From Lachnospiraceae bacterium (GTDB lineage Bacteria > Bacillota > Clostridia > Lachnospirales > Lachnospiraceae), in contig JAZUQL010000085.1 of assembly GCA_045605685.1 (NCBI GenBank), positions 68,018 to 132,017 of the forward strand: a stretch of 64,000 nt of DNA, in the 5' to 3' direction. This document shows, piece by piece, positions 33,992 to 43,485 of the stretch. Position 1 is the stretch's first letter. Each line of letters opens with the position of its first letter. The translations under genes and the position numbers were made by a program. The notes under the pieces were generated by a model. It was not told the origin of the DNA. It did not search any database and saw nothing but the letters and a program-made list of their open reading frames with translations.

Positions 33992-36640
33992 ATGAGCAAA
34001 GAGTTGAACAAAACCTACGATCCAAAAGATATAGAAGATCGTTTATATGAGAAATGGGAGAAGAATGGTTATTTTCATGCAACGGTAGACCGTAGTAAAA
34101 AACCATTTACCATTGTGATGCCGCCTCCAAATATTACAGGTCAGCTTCATATGGGACATGCATTAGATAATACAATGCAGGACATATTAATTAGATACAA
34201 AAGGATGCAGGGGTATAATGCTTTATGGCAGCCGGGAACAGACCATGCTTCTATTGCAACTGAAGTAAAAGTTATCGAAAGCCTGAAAGAACAAGGAATT
34301 GAGAAGGGTGATCTGGGTAGAGAAGCATTCCTGGAGAAATGTTGGGAATGGAGAAAAGAATACGGCGGACGCATTATCAAACAGTTGAAGAAATTGGGCT
34401 CTTCTGCAGATTGGGAAAGAGAGCGTTTTACAATGGATGAAGGATGCTCCCACGCAGTAGAGGATGTATTTATTAAATTATATGAAAAAGGATGGATTTA
34501 CAAAGGCTCCCGTATCGTAAACTGGTGTCCGGTATGTAAAACGTCTATCTCAGATGCAGAAGTAGAGCATGAGGAACAAGACGGATTTTTCTGGCATATC
34601 AACTATCCGGTTGTTGGCGAAGAAGGACGATTTGTGGAAATCGCAACAACAAGACCGGAAACATTATTCGGTGATACAGCAGTTGCAGTAAATCCGGAAG
34701 ATGACAGATATAAAGACATTATAGGGAAAATGCTTGTTTTACCAACAACGGGACGGGAAATACCGGTAATTGCAGATTCTTATGTTGATAAAGAATTTGG
34801 AACCGGTTGTGTAAAGATTACACCGGCTCATGACCCGAATGACTTTGAAGTTGGAAAACGTCATAATTTAGAAGAAGTTGTGGTAATAAATGACGATGCA
34901 ACCATGAATGAGCGTTCCGGTAAATACCAGGGAATGGATCGGTATGAGTGTCGGAAAGCGTTAGTCAAAGACTTGGAAGAAATGGGGTTATTAGTAAAAG
35001 TAGTTCCTCATTCACATAATGTTGGTACACATGACAGATGTAAGACAACGGTAGAGCCGATGATTAAACAGCAGTGGTTTGTTAAAATGGAAGAGATGAT
35101 TAAACCTGCGGTAGAAGGCGTGAAGAACGGAGAGATCGAATTACTTCCAAAGAGAATGGATAAAACCTATTTTAACTGGACGGACAATATTCGTGATTGG
35201 TGTATATCCAGACAGTTATGGTGGGGTCACCGTATTCCGGCGTATTATTGTCCGGATTGTGGACACATGGTTGTTGCGCATGAGAATCCGATTACATGCC
35301 CGAAGTGCGGACATGCACAAATGGAACAGGATCCGGATACATTGGATACATGGTTTTCATCGGCACTTTGGCCGTTTTCAACATTAGGATGGCCGAATCA
35401 GACCCAAGATTTGGATTATTTCTATCCAAATGATGTGTTGGTAACAGGATACGATATTATTTTCTTCTGGGTAATCCGAATGATTTTTTCGGGTTACGAA
35501 CAGATGGGAAAAGCACCATTCCACACAGTGTTATTCCATGGATTAGTCAGAGATTCACAAGGACGTAAGATGAGTAAATCACTTGGAAATGGGATTGATC
35601 CATTAGAGGTAATTGATAAATATGGTGCAGATGCACTTCGTTTAACTCTTATAACAGGTAATGCACCGGGCAATGACATGCGTTTCTATTGGGAAAGAGT
35701 TGAAGCTTCCAGAAACTTTGCCAATAAGGTATGGAACGCATCCAGATTTATTATGATGAATCTGGAAGGGGTCAATCTGCAGACGCCTACAACGGAAGAA
35801 TTGCATCCAGCAGATAAATGGATTTTATCAAAAGTAAATACCTTAGCCAAAGATGCAACCGAGAATATGGATAAATTCGAACTTGGAATTGCAGTTCAAA
35901 AGGTATATGACTTCATATGGGATGAATTCTGTGACTGGTACATTGAAATTGCAAAGGTTCGTACCTATAAGAAAGAAGAGGAACCAAAATCTGCAAATGC
36001 AGCATTGTGGACATTAAAGACGGTATTAACAGAGGCATTAAAGTTGATTCATCCGTATATGCCATTTATAACAGAAGAAATATTTACAACGCTTCAAAGC
36101 GAAGAAGAGACAATTATGTTGTCAAAATGGCCGGAATACAAAGAAGAGTGGAATTTTGTACAGGATGAGGAGGCAATTGAACGCTGTAAGGATTTGGTAA
36201 AAGGTGTACGTAATGTTAGAACTGAGATGGAGGTTCCACCTTCAAGAAAAGCAAAACTTTTCGTAGTATCAGAGGACGCTGCTATCAGAAATATTTTTGA
36301 ACAGAATAAAGAAGTATATATTAACTTAGCGTTTACAAACGACATTGTGGTTCGTGCTGACAAAGAGGGAATTGATGAATCGGCAGTGTCTGTGGTGATT
36401 CCTGGAGCGGTTGTATATCTTCCGATGGAAGACTTGGTTGACTTCGAGAAGGAAAGAGAGCGTCTGCAAAAAGAAAAAGAGAAATTATTAAAAGAACTTG
36501 CCCGTTCCAAAGGAATGCTTTCGAATGAAAAATTCCTAAACAATGCAAAGCCTGAGAAAGTTCAGGAGGAAAAAGATAAACTGGCGAAGTACGAGCAAAT
36601 GATGGAGCAGGTAGAAGAACGTTTGCAACAAATGAAGTGA
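33992..36640 (+). CDS. valS: Valine--tRNA ligase
   Basis: HIGH motif PPNITGQLHMGHAL, KMSKS motif KMSKSLGN, C-terminal coiled coil. The ORF-track upstream extension overlaps the T-box terminator and is rejected. Confidence 0.95.
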   Translation: MSKELNKTYDPKDIEDRLYEKWEKNGYFHATVDRSKKPFTIVMPPPNITGQLHMGHALDNTMQDILIRYKRMQGYNALWQPGTDHASIATEVKVIESLKEQGIEKGDLGREAFLEKCWEWRKEYGGRIIKQLKKLGSSADWERERFTMDEGCSHAVEDVFIKLYEKGWIYKGSRIVNWCPVCKTSISDAEVEHEEQDGFFWHINYPVVGEEGRFVEIATTRPETLFGDTAVAVNPEDDRYKDIIGKMLVLPTTGREIPVIADSYVDKEFGTGCVKITPAHDPNDFEVGKRHNLEEVVVINDDATMNERSGKYQGMDRYECRKALVKDLEEMGLLVKVVPHSHNVGTHDRCKTTVEPMIKQQWFVKMEEMIKPAVEGVKNGEIELLPKRMDKTYFNWTDNIRDWCISRQLWWGHRIPAYYCPDCGHMVVAHENPITCPKCGHAQMEQDPDTLDTWFSSALWPFSTLGWPNQTQDLDYFYPNDVLVTGYDIIFFWVIRMIFSGYEQMGKAPFHTVLFHGLVRDSQGRKMSKSLGNGIDPLEVIDKYGADALRLTLITGNAPGNDMRFYWERVEASRNFANKVWNASRFIMMNLEGVNLQTPTTEELHPADKWILSKVNTLAKDATENMDKFELGIAVQKVYDFIWDEFCDWYIEIAKVRTYKKEEEPKSANAALWTLKTVLTEALKLIHPYMPFITEEIFTTLQSEEETIMLSKWPEYKEEWNFVQDEEAIERCKDLVKGVRNVRTEMEVPPSRKAKLFVVSEDAAIRNIFEQNKEVYINLAFTNDIVVRADKEGIDESAVSVVIPGAVVYLPMEDLVDFEKERERLQKEKEKLLKELARSKGMLSNEKFLNNAKPEKVQEEKDKLAKYEQMMEQVEERLQQMK

Positions 36641-36738
36641 TATTTTTGAAAAATCTAAAAATTTGCCTTAATTTGTTTGTAAGTCTGATAATTATATGAT
36701 AAAATTGTAATATCTTTATAATAGTGCAGGTATACATT

Positions 36739-38139
36739 ATGGATGCTACATTTCGTAAGGAAATTAAGATTAGAATTTCAGAAGATAAGATGTATGCGTA
36801 TGTGCAGTTGGCGCATGTATCTGCGGAGGATGCCTACAGTGTGGAAGAGGTGCTGTTCGAATTGGCGAACGCTTCCGTTTCTGTTGGTGTGCGTCATGAG
36901 GCGATTGAAAAGATGGTGCGGCAGTTTCTCTATGGACAAGAAATCCTTGTTGCAGAAGGAGTTCTTCCGGTCGATGGAGAAGATGGGTATTTTATCTATA
37001 ATTTTGATGATAAGAAGAGTTTGAAACCCAAATTAAGAGAAGATGGGACCGTTGATTATTGGAGTGTCCATACCATTGAGAAGGTGAAGGAAGGACAGTT
37101 GATTGCGACATATGTTCCTGCTACAATCGGGAAGGATGGTAGAACCGTTACAGGACAGATTACCCCTTGCAAACAAGGAAGAGAAAAGCCTCCCTTGGTC
37201 GGACGTGGATTTCGACGTTCTGCAGACAATCTGACTTATATTTCCGAGATGGATGGAAAGATTGAATCCCGTAAGAATGGTATTATGATTACCAATATCC
37301 ATGAAATCAGCGGTGATGTCGGTCTGCAAACCGGCAATATCGATTTTAATGGAGATGTTATCATTCATGGGAACGTGGAACCGGGGGTTACAGTTAAAGT
37401 AACCGGGAATATTACAATCGATGGAAATGCAGAGGCCTGTACGCTAATAGCAGGGAAGAGCATTATTATCCGTGGCGGTATGATTGGTGCGGAGAAAGCG
37501 ATTATTCGGACGAAAGGGAATCTGGTTGCCCGTTTTCTGGAATATGCGGATGTAAAAGCAGAAGGATTTATCCAAGCAGATAGTTCGGTGAATTGTAATA
37601 TTATGTGTTATGATAAAGTCTACATGACTGGGAAAAGAGCTGCAATTATTGGAGGATACGTATATGCTTTAAGAGGTGTGGAAGCCTATTGTTATGGTAA
37701 TGACATGGAGGTACCGACGAAGGTAAAGGTAGGCGTTAACCGGGAGATTAAAGTAGAATTATTTGATTTGCAACAGCAGATTGATGCAACGCAGGGGATT
37801 ATTGATAAAATCTCATTTGGGTTACAACAATACGAGGAGAAGGCAAAATTCTTAGGGCCGGATGAACTGAAGGAAGAACAAAGAATTGCGTTGCTTAGGG
37901 TTAAGATTGAGAAACAGGCAGAAGTTTCGAAATTAAAAGCTAAGAAAGAACATTTGCAGGAAATGTGCAAAGATGCGCATAATTCAACAGTTCGAGTGAT
38001 TCATGAAATCTACCCGGATGTAGAGATTACAATTAATGATATGAACGTGCGTATGGAAACGAAATATAGCCAGGTTGAATTTGTGCCTTATGGTGATAAA
38101 TTACGCATGGTGTCGATTCTTGATGAGATAATCAGATAA
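36739..38139 (+). CDS. FapA-like (DUF342) protein
   Basis: Size, repetitive beta-helix-like G..I.I.G.V segments and a C-terminal coiled coil, as in the FapA/DUF342 family. Assignment is by resemblance only. Confidence 0.6.
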   Translation: MDATFRKEIKIRISEDKMYAYVQLAHVSAEDAYSVEEVLFELANASVSVGVRHEAIEKMVRQFLYGQEILVAEGVLPVDGEDGYFIYNFDDKKSLKPKLREDGTVDYWSVHTIEKVKEGQLIATYVPATIGKDGRTVTGQITPCKQGREKPPLVGRGFRRSADNLTYISEMDGKIESRKNGIMITNIHEISGDVGLQTGNIDFNGDVIIHGNVEPGVTVKVTGNITIDGNAEACTLIAGKSIIIRGGMIGAEKAIIRTKGNLVARFLEYADVKAEGFIQADSSVNCNIMCYDKVYMTGKRAAIIGGYVYALRGVEAYCYGNDMEVPTKVKVGVNREIKVELFDLQQQIDATQGIIDKISFGLQQYEEKAKFLGPDELKEEQRIALLRVKIEKQAEVSKLKAKKEHLQEMCKDAHNSTVRVIHEIYPDVEITINDMNVRMETKYSQVEFVPYGDKLRMVSILDEIIR

Positions 38140-38273
38140 TGGTCATCTTTTGCGATAAAAAAAGATGAGAAAACGAAATACGATATTGTTTTTTTTCATA
38201 AACCACTATATTATAGTTATGATATAGTGGTTTTGTTCATGCAGGGTATGGCAAAACATTTTGGAGGTAGCAT

Positions 38274-38429
38274 ATGATAAACTTTGAAGAAGAATTGAAA
38301 AGTTATAAACCGAGTTTAGAAGTAGAAGATGCAGAATCTGCTATTTACAGTCAGAATTTAACGGATATTACAGATATTATCTCGCAAATATTGCAGGATA
38401 CTAATGTTGAGATTCCATATGTAAGATAA
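38274..38429 (+). CDS. 51-aa acidic hypothetical protein
   Basis: MINFEEELKSYKPSLEVEDAES.. preceded by a GGAGG RBS; follows two terminator hairpins. Confidence 0.4.
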   Translation: MINFEEELKSYKPSLEVEDAESAIYSQNLTDITDIISQILQDTNVEIPYVR

Positions 38430-38439
38430 GAGGGTAATT

Positions 38440-39804
38440 ATGAATTGTTATAGATGCGGTACAGATACGGCACAGGATGAATATTGTCCGGTTTGCGGTA
38501 CAGATATGAGGGTCTTTTTGCGCGTAATAAGAATTTCGAATTCCTATTATAATGATGGTTTGGCAAAAGCGAATGTAAGAAACCTCTCCGGTGCAATTGT
38601 AAGTTTAAAGACTAGTTTAAAGTGTAACAAATATAATATAGAAGCAAGAAATCTTTTAGGACTTATTTATTATGAGATGGGCGAGATTGTTGCTGCTTTA
38701 AGTGAATGGGTAATCAGTAAAAGTTACCAGCCGGATGATAATAAAGCGGGGGCATATTTAGATTCCATTCAACATAATAAGAACCAATTAAATGCAACCA
38801 ATCAGACTGTACGAAAATTTAATCAGGCACTGGTATATTGCAAACAGGATAGTAGAGACCTTGCCATTATACAGTTGAAAAAGGTTCTAACCTTAAATCC
38901 GAAGATGGTAAGGGCGCATCAGTTGCTTGCGTTGTTATATTTGCAGGAAGATCGTTTAGAGTTAGCGAAGAAAACATTAAGAAATGCGGGAAAGATAGAT
39001 ACAGATAATACCACAACCCTGCGATACTTAAAAGAAGTCAATTTAAGAATGAAAGAGAAGGGGGGCTACAAGAAACCGAAGTCGGATGATTTGATATCAT
39101 ACCAAAGTGGAAATGAAACAATCATTATGCCGAAACGGTTTCGGGAATCCTCTGTTGGAGGAACCATTCTTTTAGTTCTTGTGGGATTAATCGTGGGAAT
39201 CGCGGTTACATGTTTTTTGTTTTTTCCAAGTGTAAAAAGGAATGCACAGGAAGAAGCAAGAGAGAAGATTATTGAGGCAGATGAGACACTGGTAACAAGT
39301 GACCAACAGATTTCTAAATTAGAAAGCCAGATTGCAGATTTAGAAACACAACTACAAAACTCAGAGGCGAATACCGCATTAATAGAGACTAGGATTGCGA
39401 ATTATGATGCACTATTAGCAGCAGCAATTGCAACCGATAAAGGAGAGATACTCTCTGCCGGCAATTCTTTGATGACAGTGGATCCGAACTACTTAAGTGA
39501 TGCATCGAAATCCATTTATTATGACCTGGTAAACCGGATTGGAGAACAGTATTTTTCTAAGTTATACGATGATGCATACAGTAAGTATAGTGCCGGTAAT
39601 TATGAAGAAGCGATTAAAGGTTTGAATGTTGTGATTGCACATGATATGAATTATAAAGATGGTGCTGCAGTATATTATCTTGCACAGGCGTATCGTAAAA
39701 ATGGTGATAATGCAAATGCAAGAACTTATTATCAGTATGTAATTGATAATTTCCCAAACACGGAAAGAGCTCGAACGGCAGAGAATTATATTAATGAACA
39801 ATAA
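38440..39804 (+). CDS. Zinc-ribbon / TPR / TM / coiled-coil / TPR protein
   Basis: CYRCG..(10)..CPVCG, TPR-like helices, TM ILLVLVGLIVGIAVTCFLFF, coiled coil. Confidence 0.7.
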   Translation: MNCYRCGTDTAQDEYCPVCGTDMRVFLRVIRISNSYYNDGLAKANVRNLSGAIVSLKTSLKCNKYNIEARNLLGLIYYEMGEIVAALSEWVISKSYQPDDNKAGAYLDSIQHNKNQLNATNQTVRKFNQALVYCKQDSRDLAIIQLKKVLTLNPKMVRAHQLLALLYLQEDRLELAKKTLRNAGKIDTDNTTTLRYLKEVNLRMKEKGGYKKPKSDDLISYQSGNETIIMPKRFRESSVGGTILLVLVGLIVGIAVTCFLFFPSVKRNAQEEAREKIIEADETLVTSDQQISKLESQIADLETQLQNSEANTALIETRIANYDALLAAAIATDKGEILSAGNSLMTVDPNYLSDASKSIYYDLVNRIGEQYFSKLYDDAYSKYSAGNYEEAIKGLNVVIAHDMNYKDGAAVYYLAQAYRKNGDNANARTYYQYVIDNFPNTERARTAENYINEQ

Positions 39805-39867
39805 TAGAATATAAGAATACAAAAGACGTCAAAGACATGGCGTCTTTTTGCTTTTTTAGGAGGTTAT

Positions 39868-40182
39868 ATGACAAAGAATTATAAGGTCAGCAAAGACAAG
39901 TTATGTGTGAGGATGCCGAAGGAAGTTGATCATCATATTGCGGAGCAAATGAGAACGGATTTGGAAAGTATCATTGTGTCGAATAGAATCAGGGAGATAG
40001 AATTTGATTTTTCGGATACTTTATTTATGGATAGCTCCGGCATTGGTATGTTGATAGGAAGGTATAAAACGATGCAAATGTATAATGGGACGGTATGCAT
40101 TAGTAATGTTAAGGATAATGTGCAAAAAATAATTATAAAGTCCGGTTTGACAAGAATATTTAATATAAAGGAGACAGAATAA
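39868..40182 (+). CDS. spoIIAA: Anti-sigma-F factor antagonist (STAS)
   Basis: STAS domain with FMDSSGIGMLIG (phospho-Ser motif). First gene of the conserved spoIIA order. Confidence 0.9.
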   Translation: MTKNYKVSKDKLCVRMPKEVDHHIAEQMRTDLESIIVSNRIREIEFDFSDTLFMDSSGIGMLIGRYKTMQMYNGTVCISNVKDNVQKIIIKSGLTRIFNIKETE

Positions 40183-40629
40183 ATGGATGTAGGAACAAGT
40201 AATTACATGCAGGTTCGTTTTGAGGCAAAATCAGAAAATGAAAGCTTGGCAAGAATGATTATTGCCGCTTTTGTGGCGAATTTTGATCCGACGCTTGAGC
40301 AACTGTCCGACGTTAAAACTGCTGTTTCAGAAGCAGTGACGAATGCGATTGTTCACGGTTATGCCAAAAGTTTAAAGCAAGAAGTTGTGGAAATGATATG
40401 TGAGAGAAAAGGAAAACAACTTATAGTGACAATTATAGACTCGGGTTGTGGAATTGAAGATGTGGAGCAGGCAATGCAACCTTTTTATACAACAAAGGCA
40501 GATATGGAACGTACAGGAATGGGGTTTAGTTTCATGGAAGCATTTATGGATGAGGTTATAGTCTCTTCTAAATTAGGAGAAGGGACTAGAGTGCGAATGG
40601 AAAAAGTAATAGAAAGGGCAGATGTTTGA
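40183..40629 (+). CDS. spoIIAB: Anti-sigma-F factor / serine kinase
   Basis: HATPase_c motifs EAVTNAIVHGY, DSGCGIED, TGMGF. Confidence 0.9.
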   Translation: MDVGTSNYMQVRFEAKSENESLARMIIAAFVANFDPTLEQLSDVKTAVSEAVTNAIVHGYAKSLKQEVVEMICERKGKQLIVTIIDSGCGIEDVEQAMQPFYTTKADMERTGMGFSFMEAFMDEVIVSSKLGEGTRVRMEKVIERADV

Positions 40630-41371
40630 GCAGAGACCTACAAATGAAATCGATTGGCGTGATGAATTAAGAGCAGCACAAAATGGGAATAAACAACGTA
40701 AGGAATCCTTTGCAAAGGATAATTTCGGTTTGGTTTATATGGTTATAAAAAGATTTGAAGGGAGAGGAATAGAAAGGGAAGAATTATTTCAGATAGGGTG
40801 TATTGGATTGCTAAAGGCAATGGAACAGTTTGATTTAGCACAGGAGTTTGCGTTTTCGACTTATGCGGTACCTCTTATAATAGGAGAACTGCGTAGATTC
40901 TTTCGCGATGATGGAATGATTCATGTTAGCCGCAAGGTAAAAGAAGATGCTGGAAAGATTGCAGCTTATTGTAAAAAAATGGAACAAAATAACATTACAT
41001 ATGGCTTGGAGGATATTCAAAGGGATACCGGATTAAAAAAAGAAGAAATAATTTTGGCACTGGAGAGTATGAGAACAATAGAATCCATTCATAAACCGAT
41101 GAAAAATGTAAATGAAGATGGAAAAGTAATTACGCTGGAAGACCAACTGGAAGGAGAAAATAAGGAAGAAGAACGGCTGATTGACAGACTGACAGTGGAA
41201 CAACTGATGGAAATATTGGAAGAAAAAGAAAAAGAATTGATATGGCTACGGTATTTTGAAGATAAAACACAAATGGAGATTGCAAAGATTATGAATGTGA
41301 ATCAGGTTTTTGTTTCAAGAATGGAGAAAAAAGCATTAATAAAGATGAAAAATAAGATAAAAATTATATAA
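40622..41371 (+). CDS. sigF: Sporulation sigma factor F
   Basis: Sigma-70 regions 2-4 (FSTYAVPLIIGELRRFFRDDG). 8-nt overlap with spoIIAB and operon position. Confidence 0.9.
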   Translation: MFEQRPTNEIDWRDELRAAQNGNKQRKESFAKDNFGLVYMVIKRFEGRGIEREELFQIGCIGLLKAMEQFDLAQEFAFSTYAVPLIIGELRRFFRDDGMIHVSRKVKEDAGKIAAYCKKMEQNNITYGLEDIQRDTGLKKEEIILALESMRTIESIHKPMKNVNEDGKVITLEDQLEGENKEEERLIDRLTVEQLMEILEEKEKELIWLRYFEDKTQMEIAKIMNVNQVFVSRMEKKALIKMKNKIKII

Positions 41372-41456
41372 AATTTGTGAAAAAATATGCTTGCATAATG
41401 TAAAAAAAGGGAGTAACCTAACAAAAGCGTGAAAAAAAGAAACGGAGGTGCTAATT

Positions 41457-42812
41457 ATGTTAGCTCAGATATTAGCCGTTTTGATTTTTGTTGCGATGTT
41501 TATTATGGTTATCACAGAAAAAATCGAACGACATTATGTAACTCTTATAAGTGGATTGCTTACAATAATCCTTGTTTTTGGAATCGGAATGAAGAGTTTC
41601 GATGCAATTGTGCATACTTTAAATGTCAAATCGGTAATTACCCTTGATTTTTGGTATCATGTTCAATCTGTAACAGAGAATTCGTCCGGAATTAACTGGG
41701 CAACGATTTTGTTTATTGCAGGCATGATGGTTATGGTAGAAGGAATGGCAAGGGTCGGTTTCTTTCGCTGGTTGTGCATGCGAATTGCCAAATTGGTGCG
41801 TTATAAAGTAAAACTGATTTTCTTGACTTTTATGATAATGTCAGCACTTCTTGCAATGTTTATTGACAGTATTACGGTCATACTTTTCTTGGCGGCAGTT
41901 ACGATAGAACTTGCTAAGATGTTAAAGTTTAATCCGGTTCCGATGATACTGGCGGAGGTGTTTTGTGCCAATCTGGGAGGCGCGGCAACGATGTGTGGAG
42001 ACCCACCAAATATTATAATTGGTACGTCCCTGGATTTGGCGTTTGTAGATTTTCTAAAAAATACCGGGTTGATTGTGGGGATTTCGTTGGTTGTAGTTAT
42101 TGTATATTTCTATGTAGTATGTAGAAAAGGCTTATTGACAGAATCTGGAGAAAAGGTGGACTTATCTGTGCTGCCGGATCCGAAAGAAGCAATCACAGAT
42201 AGAGTAGGATTTATCATAAACGCAATTATTTTCCTGATTGCTGTAGTGCTTTTGGTTACACATTCTATTACAGGATTGACAGTTGCAAGTATTGGTTTGG
42301 GTATTGCGTTGTTAACGATAATTACATCACTTCGTCATCTGAAAGAAATTTTTTCCAAGGTAGATTATAAGACGATTCTATTCTTTATAGGACTGTTTGT
42401 GGTTGTGGGCGGCCTTGAAGAAACCGGAATATTAGAAATTGTAGCAAAATTTATTGGAAAAATTAGTGGAGGTAATGTACACTTAATGATAGGAATCATA
42501 ATTTGGGTTTCTGCAATAGCAAGTGCTTTTATAGATAATATACCTTTTGCGGCAACTATGATTCCGGTTATTCGTACTCTTTCGGCAAGTGCAGGAGTTG
42601 ATTTGTCGACAATGGCGTGGGCGTTATCCGTGGGGACGGATATTGGCGGAAGTGCTACTCCGATAGGTGCCTCTGCGAATGTAGTGGGAACAGCAGTTGC
42701 AGCAAAGTCTGGTCATCCGATAGGGTGGGGAGAATATTGTAAATTACTTGTTCCGGCAACCATTCTTGTGTTACTGATTGGTACGGCAATTATATTTGTG
42801 AGATATTTATAA
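41457..42812 (+). CDS. ArsB/NhaD-superfamily anion permease
   Basis: ~12 TM, CANLGGAATMCGDPPNIII motif. ATG 41457 is 8 nt after GGAGG. Confidence 0.7.
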   Translation: MLAQILAVLIFVAMFIMVITEKIERHYVTLISGLLTIILVFGIGMKSFDAIVHTLNVKSVITLDFWYHVQSVTENSSGINWATILFIAGMMVMVEGMARVGFFRWLCMRIAKLVRYKVKLIFLTFMIMSALLAMFIDSITVILFLAAVTIELAKMLKFNPVPMILAEVFCANLGGAATMCGDPPNIIIGTSLDLAFVDFLKNTGLIVGISLVVVIVYFYVVCRKGLLTESGEKVDLSVLPDPKEAITDRVGFIINAIIFLIAVVLLVTHSITGLTVASIGLGIALLTIITSLRHLKEIFSKVDYKTILFFIGLFVVVGGLEETGILEIVAKFIGKISGGNVHLMIGIIIWVSAIASAFIDNIPFAATMIPVIRTLSASAGVDLSTMAWALSVGTDIGGSATPIGASANVVGTAVAAKSGHPIGWGEYCKLLVPATILVLLIGTAIIFVRYL

Positions 42813-42824
42813 AAAGGGGGAACT

Positions 42825-43421
42825 ATGAAAGGACAATTAATAATTTCTGTAAGTAGGGAATATGGCAGTGGAGGACATTACATCGCAGAATTGCTTGCTG
42901 AAAAGTTCGAACTGCCGCTATTAGATCATAATTTGTTGGATGAAATAGCAAAGCACATGAATGGGAATAAGGAAAAATTATTAAAATACGATGAGCTTCC
43001 GAAGATGAAACTGTCATCACGTAAAGTTAGAGGTTTTTCAAATTCACCGGAAGAAATAGTGGCTCAATTGCAGTTTGATTATATTAAGAAAAAAGCAGAG
43101 AAGGGAGAATCCTTTGTTATAGTTGGACGATGTGCGGAATCGGTGCTGAAAGGAAACGATGGCCTGATTTCCATCTTTGTACTGGGTGATTACGATAAAA
43201 AATTGAAACGAATACAACGAGTTCGTGGGCTGGATGAAAAACAGGCAAAGGATGCTATGAAACGTCATGATAAAAATCGTCGTTCCTATCATAATACCCA
43301 TTGTGATATTGCATGGGGGGATTCAAGGAATTATGATATTTGTATTAACAGTTCAAGACTTGGAGAAGAAAAGATTGCGGAATATTTGGCAGAATATATC
43401 AGACAAAGGATAGAAGAATAA
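42825..43421 (+). CDS. Cytidylate-kinase-like family protein
   Basis: ISVSREYGSGGHYIAELLA.. pattern of the AAA_18/Cytidylate_kin2 family. Confidence 0.65.
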   Translation: MKGQLIISVSREYGSGGHYIAELLAEKFELPLLDHNLLDEIAKHMNGNKEKLLKYDELPKMKLSSRKVRGFSNSPEEIVAQLQFDYIKKKAEKGESFVIVGRCAESVLKGNDGLISIFVLGDYDKKLKRIQRVRGLDEKQAKDAMKRHDKNRRSYHNTHCDIAWGDSRNYDICINSSRLGEEKIAEYLAEYIRQRIEE

Positions 43422-43440
43422 AAAGAACGCACTTTGAAGT

Positions 43441-43485
43441 GAACCCCAAATGTTAGATTTTTGTCTAACATTTGGGGTTCTTTTT
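43441..43485. terminator. Bidirectional terminator between convergent genes
   Basis: gaaccccaaatgttagat-tttt-gtctaacatttggggttc followed by T5. Confidence 0.8.

Noticed and set aside
33724-34011. 95-aa minus-strand ORF and the + strand upstream extension of valS (33917-33991)
   Set aside because: Both overlap the T-box antiterminator/terminator region. valS has a proper start at 33992 (MSKELNKTYDPKDIE..).
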